Source of the DNA: Tubiluchus corallicola
Lineage: Eukaryota > Animalia > Priapulida
Length of the DNA stretch: 64,000 nt
Assembly (NCBI GenBank): GCA_030141605.1
Contig: JAQGDQ010000907.1
Span: forward strand, 1 to 64,000
Direction of reading: 5' to 3'
Positions 20,711 through 31,438 of the stretch are shown here, piece by piece. Within the stretch, counting starts at the first letter, position 1, and the number at the start of each line of letters is the position of its first letter. The notes below the pieces were generated by a model that had not been told where the DNA came from, searched no databases, and saw only the letters and a list, made by a program, of their open reading frames with translations. The translations under genes were made by a program, and so were the position numbers.

Positions 20711-21955
20711 ATGAAAGACTTAGCTATCAACGGAGGTGAAAAAACTGTAGAAAAAAAGTTTGACTGGCCAATATTTGATGAGGCAGATGTTAACGCTGTC
20801 ACCGAGATAGTAAGAAGTGGGGAGTGGGGTAATCCCGACTGTGCCGGTATAGTGGAGGTTTTTGAAAAAGAGTTTGCTGCATATTGTGGTAGTAAATATG
20901 CACTGACATGTGTTAATGGCTCTGTTGCTATACGCCTTGCCCTGATTGCATGTGGTGTGAACCCGGGTGACGAAGTGATTGTACCTCCATATACGTTTAT
21001 AGCTACTGCTTCAGTAGTTTTGGAAGCAAACTGTGTGCCTGTGTTTGTAGATATTGAACCGGATACATATAATATTGACCCTATTGAGGTAGAAAAAGCT
21101 ATTACACCACGTACAAAGGCAGTTATTCCGGTACACTTTGCTGGGCAATCGTGTAATATGGATGCGCTTGTGAAAATTGCAACAAAGCACAATATCTGTA
21201 TAATTGAAGATGCATGCCATGCTCATGGAGGAGAGTATAAAGGCAAAAAACTGGGAAGTATTGGAGATGCCGGTTGTTTTAGTTTTCAATCGTCAAAAAA
21301 CCTTACTTCAGGAGAGGGGGGTGTCATTGTTACTGATGATGAAAAGTTGTATGATATGATGAACTCGCTGAGGAATGTTGGGCGTATAGAAGGGGGGCAG
21401 TGGTATGAGCACCATAACCCGGGGTGCAACTATCGCATGACTCAGCTTCAGACAGCTTTATTGAGAAAGCAGTTGGAAAGGCTTGAGGAGCAAACATGTA
21501 TTAGAAATGAGAATGGGTTGTACCTCAACTCTCTTTTGGAGAAAATAGACGGTATAACCCCTCTTACAAGGGGATTAGGTGAAACATTACACACATACCA
21601 CATATATATATTCCGGTATGACAAATCCAGGTTTAGCAATCTTCCAAAGAAGGAATTTTCCAGGATGCTTGAGGCTGAAGGGGTACCGTCTTTTATGGGG
21701 TATCCTCAACCGCTGTACAAACAGCCATTGTTTCAAAATAAAAACTTCATGTGTTACGCTATTCCCGAGGAGACGGATTATGCAAACGTGTGTTGTCCTG
21801 TTGCTGAGAAAGCGTGTTACGAAGAAGCGATATGGATATTGCAGCATTCGATGCTTGGAACAAAGGAGGATATGGACAAGTTTGCAATAGCAATTAAAAA
21901 GATTAAAAAAGCTGCTGCGTCTTATGCAAGACATAATACAAGTTGTACATATTAG
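20711..21955 (+). CDS. DegT/DnrJ/EryC1/StrS sugar or cyclitol aminotransferase
   Basis: GDEVIVPPYTFIAT, PVHFAG, IEDACHAHG, SFQSSKNLTSGEGG and NYRM. Confidence 0.92.
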   Translation: MKDLAINGGEKTVEKKFDWPIFDEADVNAVTEIVRSGEWGNPDCAGIVEVFEKEFAAYCGSKYALTCVNGSVAIRLALIACGVNPGDEVIVPPYTFIATASVVLEANCVPVFVDIEPDTYNIDPIEVEKAITPRTKAVIPVHFAGQSCNMDALVKIATKHNICIIEDACHAHGGEYKGKKLGSIGDAGCFSFQSSKNLTSGEGGVIVTDDEKLYDMMNSLRNVGRIEGGQWYEHHNPGCNYRMTQLQTALLRKQLERLEEQTCIRNENGLYLNSLLEKIDGITPLTRGLGETLHTYHIYIFRYDKSRFSNLPKKEFSRMLEAEGVPSFMGYPQPLYKQPLFQNKNFMCYAIPEETDYANVCCPVAEKACYEEAIWILQHSMLGTKEDMDKFAIAIKKIKKAAASYARHNTSCTY

Positions 21956-22134
21956 GCATGGAGCAGAATAGATATAATCCTTTTGTTAATAGAGGGTTGC
22001 ATTTCTGGCTAGCAAACAAGGGATCAGGTTTGTAAGTGCTTTTTTACTTTCTTTTGTCTTGATACAAAAAAATCCCAAAATTGATTCTGTAAATACTTTT
22101 GATGAAAAAACTATGCTGTCGGCTTCGCTTTCAA

Positions 22135-22342
22135 AACCATTTAAAAGTCAGTTACTGAATACTAAAAGAGAAAGGTGAAAGGAAAGTTTAGGCGAAGAGC
22201 TGCCATTAAACCGATAGTATAACATCTCAAAACTGACTTTAGAATGGCTCATTATCCACATGGAAGAAGCTCACCTAAGATAAGTGCCATGCCTTCTGCT
22301 ACTAGGCGGAGCTTAAAGAATATGACAGAGAAGTTGGAGCAA
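22135..22342 (+). pseudogene. Decayed C-terminal fragment of an IS5-family transposase
   Basis: From 22181 it reads GKFRRRAAIKPIV*HLKTDFRMAHYPHG...LKNMTEKL, resembling the RRRAAIEP.IGHLK.D.RM segment of IS5-type transposases, with an internal stop. Confidence 0.7.
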
Positions 22343-22560
22343 CCTCCTTCATATGCACTATCGTTTTATTTACTGGAATGACTACAGGGTTTAATCATGG
22401 GCTCATAAAGAGGACTGTTTAATGGAAAAGTAAAAAACTTATTACTTAACTATATAAAATTATTATAAATTTACGAATCTTTTTTGATAGGAATCAGCCT
22501 TATTTATTGAGATGTGGTTAGAGTTTAGTACTTAATTGTTAATATTTGTTAAGTTTCATT

Positions 22561-22568
22561 TATATTTG
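22561..22568 (+). promoter_or_regulatory. Bacteroidota -7 box (TATATTTG) for the LRR lipoprotein gene
   Basis: TAnnTTTG in an AT-rich spacer about 70 bp before the start. Confidence 0.5.
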
Positions 22569-22636
22569 CCAATATTTTAATTAACTCCCATCTTATTTAA
22601 TAATATTAATTATGAAGCGAAAAAAAAATATTTTTT

Positions 22637-24364
22637 ATGAGAGGAACAATTGTTTCAATTTTTTCTCTGTGTATTTTTTTACTCTTTTCTTGTAAAAAGG
22701 AAGATAGCGAAGAACCAAATGGCAATAGTATTGGAGAATTGGTATTGACATCTCAAAAAGATATAGAAAACCTTTCTCAGGGCTATACAGTTGTTACAGG
22801 GAAGTTGCAGATAGGTGCAGAAGAAGGGTCTTCAGATGTCTCTGACCTCTCTCCTTTGGGTTCCATTATTGAGGTAGGGAGCTTAGATATAATAGGAAAT
22901 GAGAGTTTGGAAGATTTGAATGGTTTAGGAGTAAAACAGGTAAACCATGACCTGAAAATATCTAAAAATAGCAAGCTAAAAAGTATAGAAGGACTGGTTA
23001 GCTTAGCTTCTGTAGGGGAGGGCTTTACGATAGATGATAATGATGCTTTGGAAGGTTTAAGTGGTTTAGAAAACCTAATATCAGTAGGTGGAGATGTGAA
23101 AATAACCAACAACAACGAGTTAAAAAGTGATGATGATTATTGTGCTCTTTCCCTATTATTAGAGGCTGACGGTGTAACAGGTTCAGTTGTTATCTCAGGC
23201 AATGGGCATAATCCCACATCAAGTGAGATCCTAACTGCATGCCTGAAATATTTCTGGGTGTCAGACGAGAATTTTAGAAGTGAGCTAAAAACAACTGTTT
23301 CTAATGCTTTTACACCCAACGATAGCCTGATAATAAGCCATCCTGATGTTTTGGCAGTAGAAACTATAGATGTATCTGGCAAGAGTATTTCTTCTTTGTC
23401 AGGAGTGGAGTATTTTACGGGATTAACTGAGTTGAACTGTAGTAATAACAGCCTTACGAGTTTGGATATAAGTAGCAATTCAGGATTAACTGAGTTGCAT
23501 TGCCATGGCAATGGTCTTACAAGTTTGGATATAAGTTCAACCTCTTTGAGTGTGTTGTCTGTAGATGCAGCCATCAAGTGCGAGCCGTCTATTATAGAAA
23601 AGAACCCTACAGATAGTAAATATTGGGATGGGAGTGAACTTGCTTCTTATACTCCATCTACGGACTGTTATTATTTCTGGGTGCCAGACGATAACTTTAG
23701 GAGTGAGCTAAAAACAACTATCGTTCCTAATGCTTTTACACCCAATGATAGCCTGATAACAAACCACCCAGATGTTTTGGCAGTAGACTCTATAAATGTA
23801 TATGGCAAGAGTATTTCTTCTTTGTCAGGAGTGGAGTATTTTACCTCTTTAACAACTCTGGCCTGCGCTGCTAATCAACTTACAGAATTGGATGTAAGTA
23901 AACTAACTGCTTTAACAGAACTAAATTGCAGTTTTAACTATCCTCTGGCTACTTTAAATGTAAGTGGTTGTGTTGCTTTAGAAACGTTGCTTACTGATAT
24001 GTGTGCTATTACGAGTTTAGATGTGAGTGCACTAACATCTTTAACTTGGTTGCATTGTGGTGAGAATGATTATCTTACCAATTTAAATGTGAGTGGACTA
24101 ACATCTTTGGGGACTTTGGTCTGTAGCGGGACAGCTATCACTGAATTGGATCTGAGTGGACTAACAAACTTAGAGAGTCTGTATTGTAGTGGAAATTCGA
24201 ATCTTACGAGTTTGGATATAAGTGGTTCAACTTCTTTGCATACGCTGCAAGTAGATGAAGCCATCAAATGCGAACCCTCTATTAAAGATGTTAATCCTGC
24301 TGATAGCAAATATTGGGACGGAGATTTTCATCATGACTATGATCCAGCTACGGATTGTCCTTAG
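22637..24364 (+). CDS. Leucine-rich-repeat lipoprotein (L-domain-like repeats plus two duplicated internalin-like LRR modules)
   Basis: Lipobox LFSC followed by KKED; repeats of type L.GL..L.SVG...I..N..L, then LTEL.C..N.LTSLD.S; modules 23246-23668 and 23669-24361 are clearly paralogous. Confidence 0.85.
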   Translation: MRGTIVSIFSLCIFLLFSCKKEDSEEPNGNSIGELVLTSQKDIENLSQGYTVVTGKLQIGAEEGSSDVSDLSPLGSIIEVGSLDIIGNESLEDLNGLGVKQVNHDLKISKNSKLKSIEGLVSLASVGEGFTIDDNDALEGLSGLENLISVGGDVKITNNNELKSDDDYCALSLLLEADGVTGSVVISGNGHNPTSSEILTACLKYFWVSDENFRSELKTTVSNAFTPNDSLIISHPDVLAVETIDVSGKSISSLSGVEYFTGLTELNCSNNSLTSLDISSNSGLTELHCHGNGLTSLDISSTSLSVLSVDAAIKCEPSIIEKNPTDSKYWDGSELASYTPSTDCYYFWVPDDNFRSELKTTIVPNAFTPNDSLITNHPDVLAVDSINVYGKSISSLSGVEYFTSLTTLACAANQLTELDVSKLTALTELNCSFNYPLATLNVSGCVALETLLTDMCAITSLDVSALTSLTWLHCGENDYLTNLNVSGLTSLGTLVCSGTAITELDLSGLTNLESLYCSGNSNLTSLDISGSTSLHTLQVDEAIKCEPSIKDVNPADSKYWDGDFHHDYDPATDCP

Positions 24365-24407
24365 TGAAAGAAAAAGGAGCACTATCTTATACGCTTTGTG
24401 TAAATTT

Positions 24408-24440
24408 AAAATACCGGGGGTTGCAACCTCCGGTATTTTT
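24408..24440. terminator. Probable bidirectional Rho-independent terminator
   Basis: AAAATACCGGGGGTT-GC-AACCTCCGGTATTTTT between the convergent LRR and Crp/Fnr genes. Confidence 0.8.
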
Positions 24441-24554
24441 GGTAGTGATCAAGATTTATCTTGGAGAGTGATGGGCACTTTGGCCCGAAACCGGGTGGTT
24501 TGTTTGGTCGATCTTTCAACTTCTGTTGCGCTTGTCATGTTACGGCTGGCATAT

Positions 24555-25253
24555 TTACAAGTTTGCAATTTTTGTTAGCCGGGCTATATCTACAAGCTTA
24601 ATTTTTCTTTTGTGCAGTTCAATTAAATTGTCGTGGTTAAATTCTGATAGTAGCCGGATAACTGACTCTGTAGCTGTTCCAACCATATTTGCCAGATCTT
24701 CACGTGTGAGCGATATTTGTAGCGTTTTGTCTTTGTCAAGGTCAAAGTCATCTTTTAGTAGTAGTAGTACTTCTGCAAGTCTCTCTTTGACTGTTTTTTG
24801 GGCAATGTTGGTAATATGGGCATTAGCATCTTTCAATTCGGCGCAAACAATTTTTAGCATTGCCAGTGAGAATTTCGGGTTTTGCTCTATCAGGTACAGT
24901 AAGCATTTGTAGGGGATATAGTACAAAGTAGCATCACTAATGACTTTAGCAGTGGTACAGGCTGTCTCCTGACTTACGAGTGAGCGATATGCAATAATAT
25001 CGCCTTTTTTAGCAAAGCGTATTATCTGCTCTTTACCATCTACTCCGGTTTTATAAACCTTTACGACACCTTGTGTTATACAATAAAAGCCGGTGAGGCG
25101 TTTGCCTTCATGATACACAAAACTCCCCCTTTTATAAAAGACACAATTTGCCTCGTCTTTCAATTTGTTCAGCTCATCGTTTGATAGCTTTTGGAAAAAA
25201 TAAAACGTTGAAAGATCTATTACTACCTCTGGTGGTTTAATATTACCCTTCAT
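24555..25253 (-). CDS. Crp/Fnr family transcriptional regulator
   Basis: cNMP-binding fold (GVVKVYKTGVDGKEQI), KERLA and HTH LTREDLANMVGTATESVIRLLS. Confidence 0.93.
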   Translation of the reverse strand: MKGNIKPPEVVIDLSTFYFFQKLSNDELNKLKDEANCVFYKRGSFVYHEGKRLTGFYCITQGVVKVYKTGVDGKEQIIRFAKKGDIIAYRSLVSQETACTTAKVISDATLYYIPYKCLLYLIEQNPKFSLAMLKIVCAELKDANAHITNIAQKTVKERLAEVLLLLKDDFDLDKDKTLQISLTREDLANMVGTATESVIRLLSEFNHDNLIELHKRKIKLVDIARLTKIANL

Positions 25254-25298
25254 GTCGTTTGAGTAGTTATCGAGTAGGGGAATTTCCTCTTTTAATTT

Positions 25299-26060
25299 CT
25301 AATCAGCAATTTTCGCTAATAAATACTCCCTATTTAGTCTAGCAATATGAGATATTGAAATTTTTTTGGGGCATGCTACTTCGCAAGCACCGGTATTGGT
25401 GCACCCTCCAAAGCCAAGTTCATCCATTTTTGCTACCATCGCTTTTGCTCGACGTTTTGCTTCAACCTTTCCTTGTGGCAGCTTTGCGAGGTGCGAAACC
25501 TTTGCAGCAACAAACAGCATTGCTGAAGAGTTTTTGCATGTTGCTACACAGGCGCCACAACCAATACATGATGCTGCATCCATCGCTTCTTCTGCGTCGT
25601 GTTGAGGTATGGGGATAGCATTACCGTCAGGGATACCACCCGTGTTTATAGAGACAAAACCTCCTGCGTGCTGTATTTTTTCAAATGCGGTACGATCCAC
25701 TATTAAGTCTTTGACAACGGGAAATGCTCCTGCGCGCCACGGTTCGACCGTAATTGTTTCGCCTTCCTGAAATTTACGCATGTGTAGCTGGCAAGTGGTT
25801 ATTTCAGAGTCGGGGCCGTGTGCGTGTCCATTAATATACAATGAACACATACCACATATTCCTTCACGGCAATCGTGGTCAAATGCTATTGGGTCAATAC
25901 CCTCTTTTACCAGCTTATCGTTAAGGATATCGAACATTTCGAGGAATGAACTTCCCTGTGAAATATTTTCTATTTCATAGGTTTCAAAGCGCCCTTTGTC
26001 CTTGGGCCTGCTTTGCCTCCACACTTTTATATATAACTTTTTTAATATTTTATCAGCCAT
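25299..26060 (-). CDS. sdhB: Succinate dehydrogenase/fumarate reductase iron-sulfur subunit
   Basis: [20 protein letters not shown] and [12 protein letters not shown]. Confidence 0.95.
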   Translation of the reverse strand: MADKILKKLYIKVWRQSRPKDKGRFETYEIENISQGSSFLEMFDILNDKLVKEGIDPIAFDHDCREGICGMCSLYINGHAHGPDSEITTCQLHMRKFQEGETITVEPWRAGAFPVVKDLIVDRTAFEKIQHAGGFVSINTGGIPDGNAIPIPQHDAEEAMDAASCIGCGACVATCKNSSAMLFVAAKVSHLAKLPQGKVEAKRRAKAMVAKMDELGFGGCTNTGACEVACPKKISISHIARLNREYLLAKIAD

Positions 26061-26114
26061 TTTTCTGTTAATTTTTTGTGTTAACTAGGTTGTTAATAAC
26101 ACCCCTTTTCATTT

Positions 26115-28055
26115 TTACTTGTAACTTCTTTGGGTCAGCTCAACATTTTCAAATTTAAGCTCTTCTTTATGGAGAGCAGGCTTGGTGTTTACACCCTTAT
26201 GCTCCCAAATTGACACATAAGTAAAGTTTTTATCATCACGCTTTGCTTCCCCATCATCGGTAACTGATTCTTCACGGTAGTGTCCGCCACATGACTCTTT
26301 ACGATTAAGTGCATCACGAGCCATTAGTTCGCCCAGCTCCAGAAAATCTGCTACGCGTGAAGCTTTTTCAAGTTCAGGATTTATATTATCCATCTCACCC
26401 GGAACAAAGACATCGTTCCAAAACTCTTTGCGGAGTTTCTGTATCTCTTTAATGGCTTCGCTAAGCCCCTTTTCATTGCGAGACATTCCTACTTTGTCCC
26501 ACATAATTTGTCCAAGTTTTTTGTGGAAATAGTCTACCGGTTGCGATCCCTTTATGTCAAATAGATTTTTAAGCCTGTCTTTAATAGCATTTTCGGCTTC
26601 TTCAAACTCTGGTGCCCCGACATCTATTTTGGGTGTTAGAATCTCATCTGCCAGATAGTTGCCGATTGTGTAGGGGAGGATAAAATATCCATCTGCCAGT
26701 CCTTGCATCAAAGCTGATGCACCCAGGCGGTTTCCTCCATGATCTGAGAAGTTGGCCTCGCCAATAGAGTAAAGTCCAGGAACTGTTGTCATAAGATTGT
26801 AGTCGACCCAAGTACCTCCCATAGAGTAGTGTATGGCCGGATATATCATCATTGGTTCCTTGTAAGGGTCTACATCTGTAATCTTTTCGTACATCTGAAA
26901 CAGATTGCCATAGCGCTTCTCAATAGTGTCTTTACCCAACCGTTCAATAGAGTATTTAAAGTCAAGATATACTGCTTTCCCCTCGCCGTTTACTCCAAAT
27001 CCTTCATCACAGCGCTCTTTGGCAGCACGTGACGCGACATCGCGTGGGACAAGATTTCCGTACGATGGATAGCGGCGTTCGAGGTAGAAATCACGCCCTT
27101 CATCAGGGATATCATTTGGCCCTATTTCCCCTTTACGCAGGCGCTCCGCATCCTCTTTTTTCTTCGGAACCCACACACGTCCGTCATTACGTAATGATTC
27201 TGACATTAGTGTTAGTTTTGACTGTTGTGAGCCATGAACAGGTATGCATGTTGGGTGTATCTGAACAAAGCAGGGGTTTGCAAAATAAGCGCCCCGCTTA
27301 TATGCAGTCCAAGCTGCTGAAGTGTTGCACCCCATTGCATTGGTAGACAGGAAAAAGACGTTCCCGTAGCCACCTGAAGCAATAACTACGGCATGTGCAC
27401 CATGGCGCTGTATCTCCCCGGTAGACATATCACGAGCAATAATACCCCTGGCTTTCCCATCAATTACCACCACGTCCAGCATCTCATGGCGGTTGTACAT
27501 TTCTACTCCGCCTGCGCCTATTTGGCGATTGAGGGCGGAGTATGCTCCCAGCAGTAATTGCTGCCCCGTTTGCCCTCGCGCATAGAAAGTTCGACTCACC
27601 AGTACTCCTCCAAATGAGCGATTGTCAAGAGTGCCTCCATATTCACGCGCAAAAGGGACTCCTTGTGCAACACATTGGTCTATAATATATGGCGACACCT
27701 CGGCAAGCCTGTATACGTTGGCTTCACGAGAGCGATAATCACCTCCTTTTACCGTATCATAAAAAAGGCGAAATACTGAATCATTATCATTTTGATAATT
27801 CTTTGCAGCATTTATCCCTCCTTGCGCAGAGATGGAGTGTGCGCGGCGTGGGCTGTCCTGGTAGCAAAATGCCTTAACATTATAACCCAGCTCTGAAAGT
27901 GAAGCTGCAGCAGAAGCACCTGCCAACCCGGTGCCAATAACTATTACATCGAGTTTGCGCTTATTAGCAGGACTTACTACTTTAATTTTTGACTTATGTT
28001 TTTCCCACTTCTGAGATAGCGGGCCTTCCGGTATTTGAGAGTTTAAAATGCTCAT
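26115..28055 (-). CDS. sdhA: Succinate dehydrogenase/fumarate reductase flavoprotein subunit
   Basis: [39 protein letters not shown] and ESCGGHYR. Confidence 0.96.
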   Translation of the reverse strand: MSILNSQIPEGPLSQKWEKHKSKIKVVSPANKRKLDVIVIGTGLAGASAAASLSELGYNVKAFCYQDSPRRAHSISAQGGINAAKNYQNDNDSVFRLFYDTVKGGDYRSREANVYRLAEVSPYIIDQCVAQGVPFAREYGGTLDNRSFGGVLVSRTFYARGQTGQQLLLGAYSALNRQIGAGGVEMYNRHEMLDVVVIDGKARGIIARDMSTGEIQRHGAHAVVIASGGYGNVFFLSTNAMGCNTSAAWTAYKRGAYFANPCFVQIHPTCIPVHGSQQSKLTLMSESLRNDGRVWVPKKKEDAERLRKGEIGPNDIPDEGRDFYLERRYPSYGNLVPRDVASRAAKERCDEGFGVNGEGKAVYLDFKYSIERLGKDTIEKRYGNLFQMYEKITDVDPYKEPMMIYPAIHYSMGGTWVDYNLMTTVPGLYSIGEANFSDHGGNRLGASALMQGLADGYFILPYTIGNYLADEILTPKIDVGAPEFEEAENAIKDRLKNLFDIKGSQPVDYFHKKLGQIMWDKVGMSRNEKGLSEAIKEIQKLRKEFWNDVFVPGEMDNINPELEKASRVADFLELGELMARDALNRKESCGGHYREESVTDDGEAKRDDKNFTYVSIWEHKGVNTKPALHKEELKFENVELTQRSYK

Positions 28056-28080
28056 ATCTTAATAATATTTTTATAATCGG

Positions 28081-28776
28081 TTAAAACTTCAGCATAAAAT
28101 ATAACGGGATATAGGAAAAACCAACTGCAAAAATGATGGAGAATGCATAAGATAAAAACTTTAATCTTTTCATCCACCGGGAGTTATTTAGTCCGATAGA
28201 TTGAAATGCACTCCAAAACCCATGTGAAACATGAAGTCCCAGAAAAATTGCACCCATAATATAGAATATATTATATGCAGGATAGTTAATAAACAGGTTT
28301 GCTACAAGTGCATATGTGTTTTCCATTTGAACAGAGACACCTCCTACATCCACATGCGTTTCTGATAGCAGGTGATCGCCTGAAATTTTAATCTTCCACC
28401 AGAAATTAAATATATGTACTATCAAAAAAATGGAAATAAGTGCTCCGAGAATAAACATGTTTTTTGATGCTGAATACCACTTCAAAACACCATCTCCCGA
28501 TTTATATCCCCTGGGACGCGCTTTCATATTTTCAATAGTAATCCAACCCGACCCAATAATGTGAAGAATAAAACCTAAAGCTAAAATAGGCTCCATAATT
28601 TTGATAACAGGGTTGGTTGTCATAAAGTGGGCGGCCTGATTAAATAAGCTTCCGGAATCATCAAAGGTAAGAAGCAAATTTAATGCAAGATGGATACACA
28701 AAAATTTAATAAGGAATAAGCCTGTGAGGCTCATGAACACCTTTCGCCCTATGGAGGCCTTAATAAAATTACTCAT
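28081..28776 (-). CDS. sdhC: Succinate dehydrogenase/fumarate reductase cytochrome b subunit
   Basis: SIGRKVFMSLTGLFL, His-containing transmembrane helices and HGFWSAFQSIG; first gene of the sdhCAB operon. Confidence 0.92.
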   Translation of the reverse strand: MSNFIKASIGRKVFMSLTGLFLIKFLCIHLALNLLLTFDDSGSLFNQAAHFMTTNPVIKIMEPILALGFILHIIGSGWITIENMKARPRGYKSGDGVLKWYSASKNMFILGALISIFLIVHIFNFWWKIKISGDHLLSETHVDVGGVSVQMENTYALVANLFINYPAYNIFYIMGAIFLGLHVSHGFWSAFQSIGLNNSRWMKRLKFLSYAFSIIFAVGFSYIPLYFMLKF

Positions 28777-29130
28777 ATGGTACTTTGTTTTTTAAAAGTT
28801 TGACCGATAACAGTTTTTATCACAAAAATGCGATACATTATAAAGTATTAAACATGTACAATAAAAACCACCATACATGATCATAGTAGCCTGTACAGTA
28901 ATATTGAATATAATTCAGTTTTTTCTTAAATCCTTAGCATCGTAAAGATATGGTAAATGTTTAAGATTACCTGCTTTTCTTCTACAAAAAGTTTGCTTAT
29001 TTTACATCTTGCTTTAATGAGTTCGCGTCCCGAATTTCTATACTATATTTCAAGGTATCACTTCTTTCCCTTTGGCATAAAAGCAGGCAATCATAACAAA
29101 GGATAATATTGATAAGTTTTTTTATAGTAT

Positions 29131-29196
29131 GAGGACTCTGTAGGGCGAAAGGGTTTGACTGAAATATTATAAAAAGATGAGTTTTGCAAAGACCTA
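29131..29196. repeat. Internally deleted MITE-like repeat copy (66 bp)
   Basis: GAGGACTCTGTAGGGCGAAAG...AAAAAGATGAGTTTTGCAAAGACCTA; both ends present, middle missing. Confidence 0.55.
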
Positions 29197-29244
29197 AATG
29201 TCTTGTTCTCTTTTCATTTTTCCCCTTTTATTCGCTTCTTAGGA

Positions 29245-31095
29245 CTAAAGTTTTATATTTATTCCGCTAAAGAGAGTTATTCCCGGCATTGGATAGTATC
29301 TGTTTATTTCATACCTCTGATCTGTGAGATTTTTGCCACTGATAAAAATATTGAACTTCCCGGTTAGCTGATATCCTATTTTTGCATTTAGTAGGGTATA
29401 GCTGGAGTATATGGCAATATCAGGAGATGGGTCGGTATCCAGCCCACTTATATGCTGCATATTTATCATAAAATTAAACTTTCTAAGCTTATAACGGCCA
29501 TTTACAAACAGGCTGTGCCTCGGTGTTGAGATCACCGGGTACTCCATATCGATGTAGCTGTATGATAGATCAATAAAAGTGTCTTTGTAAGGGTGAGTAT
29601 TTATGGCAAATTCAACGCCTCTGTTTTTTATTTTCCCTGAGTTGTATAGGTTTCCCATCTCTCCGGTAACGATCATATTGTTACCCTCAACTGTAAATAG
29701 CGTAAGCTCGGCGTTGGCTTTTCCGTTGAAGAATGAGTGAGTAATACCCGCTTCGTAGCTTACCACTCTTTCCGGATCGAGGTTAGGGTTATGGTTCCAC
29801 ATATAGAGCTCCCTTATTGTAGGGCTACGGAATCCTTTTGATGCATTTCCTCTCAGGGTGGTTATTGGAGTAACTCTGTATGAAAACCCTGCTGATGGCA
29901 CCCATTCTGTTCCGTATTTTTCATGTTTTTGCAACCGTATACCTGCATTTATAGTTATTTTTTCAAACAGTTTATGTTGTATGAAACCGTATGTTCCCAC
30001 CTCGTAGACGGTGGTGTCGGCAAAAACAACAGGGTTTGATATAAGATCTGTATTTTCAGCTTTCCCTCCATATTGGGTATAGTCTAATCCAAAGGTGAGA
30101 CTGTTATTTTTTAGCAGTTTTAATACCTGGAAAAAAATCACCCCATAGCTCTTGTCTTTTGAATGAAACCCATCGGATATATCGTGTTTACCGAAATTGT
30201 TAAAGAGTTTTAGAGATCCCGATGTTTTTTCATAGTCATTATCTATAGAAACAGCTGCGTATCCTCTTATTATATCAAGTGAGTTGCCGTGTGTGGCATT
30301 TATTGTATCGGGGCCGGGGTCGGTAGCTTCAAAGTTGGCAATGCTAAAGTCAGCATTTATGTTTATATTTTCATTTACCTTGTACCCTGTCTTAAAATAC
30401 CCGTTTACTATGTTAAAGTCGGAATTGGGGCGGTGCCCATCTGTTCGGTCATGGTTTATGGATGCAAACAAGCTAAATTTGTCTTTTTTAAACCTTGTGC
30501 TACCCATATATTTTTGTGTATTGTATGAGCCGTACATTAGTCGTGCATCTCCGCGCAATCCTTCATCTGCTGTTTTTCGGGTGATAATATTTATAACACC
30601 TCCCATTGCATTCGACCCATATAGAATTGAGCCGGGGCCACGTATTATCTCGACTTTTTCGACATCTGATGCGATGTAGCTATCTGGCAAAGGGTGTCCC
30701 ATTATTCCCATAAATTGAGGGTGTCCGTCTATCAATATCAGTACACCAGTTGTGGGGTTCCCCCCTATGCCCCTTATTGATATTTGCCCTGCAGCACCGG
30801 AAGCGACGCCGAATCCTGCAACCCCTTTTTCAGTTACAAACACTCCTGGTACACGCCCACTCAGAATATGCAGAAGGGCCGACTCATCGCTATCAGCAAT
30901 CTGAGGCCTGCTAACCACTGAAACGGCCATGGGGATATTGTACCTGTTCACCTTTACAGGTGCTCCTGTTATTACCACTTCGTCAATTTGTACTGTATCC
31001 TGTGTTGTAGCGCACAGAACAGCTGGCATAAATAGAAGCGCTGGTAAAAGTAGTAAGCTGATACATCTTTTTATAATTTTTTCTACTAAAGTCAT
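29245..31095 (-). CDS. TonB-dependent receptor
   Basis: Signal peptide, IDEVVITG TonB box, plug motif VEIIRGPGSILYGSNAMGGVINIIT and C-terminal NLTD..Y...PG. Confidence 0.92.
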   Translation of the reverse strand: MTLVEKIIKRCISLLLLPALLFMPAVLCATTQDTVQIDEVVITGAPVKVNRYNIPMAVSVVSRPQIADSDESALLHILSGRVPGVFVTEKGVAGFGVASGAAGQISIRGIGGNPTTGVLILIDGHPQFMGIMGHPLPDSYIASDVEKVEIIRGPGSILYGSNAMGGVINIITRKTADEGLRGDARLMYGSYNTQKYMGSTRFKKDKFSLFASINHDRTDGHRPNSDFNIVNGYFKTGYKVNENININADFSIANFEATDPGPDTINATHGNSLDIIRGYAAVSIDNDYEKTSGSLKLFNNFGKHDISDGFHSKDKSYGVIFFQVLKLLKNNSLTFGLDYTQYGGKAENTDLISNPVVFADTTVYEVGTYGFIQHKLFEKITINAGIRLQKHEKYGTEWVPSAGFSYRVTPITTLRGNASKGFRSPTIRELYMWNHNPNLDPERVVSYEAGITHSFFNGKANAELTLFTVEGNNMIVTGEMGNLYNSGKIKNRGVEFAINTHPYKDTFIDLSYSYIDMEYPVISTPRHSLFVNGRYKLRKFNFMINMQHISGLDTDPSPDIAIYSSYTLLNAKIGYQLTGKFNIFISGKNLTDQRYEINRYYPMPGITLFSGINIKL

Positions 31096-31176
31096 ATGCA
31101 AGCAGGGCCTATTTTGAGCCCTTCAAAAGTAATAAATATGGCGCACGAGATGAAAGCGTATTGTAGCTGTGGTAGC

Positions 31177-31310
31177 GAGGCTTTGTAAAAGTCTCTTTTC
31201 GTTAAATAGTTATCGCGGTTTTTTATCTTTTATTTATGCTGGCAGTCTGTAGTTTTTATCAAATTTTTCTTCACGATCTAAGCTGAAGTGTTTATCTTTT
31301 GCAAGGCCTC
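31177..31310. repeat. Degenerate intergenic MITE-like repeat copy
   Basis: GAGGCTTTGTAAAA...TTTTTATCAAATTTTTCTTCA...TTTTGCAAGGCCTC. Confidence 0.7.
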
Positions 31311-31438
31311 AACTCTCACGCTTTGTGAAAACTTTGGTATTTCCCCATATACCTATCATTTTTTAAGAGGTATTGAGCTGGGGAAACTACAGAGCAGCAA
31401 TAATGTTTAGTTATGTGTGATAATAAAAGGGCCCCTTA

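Noticed and set aside
28806-28821. GATAA-N6-TTATC inverted repeat upstream of sdhC as a Crp/Fnr site
   Set aside because: Only 5-bp arms in AT-rich DNA and not the FNR consensus; could easily be chance.
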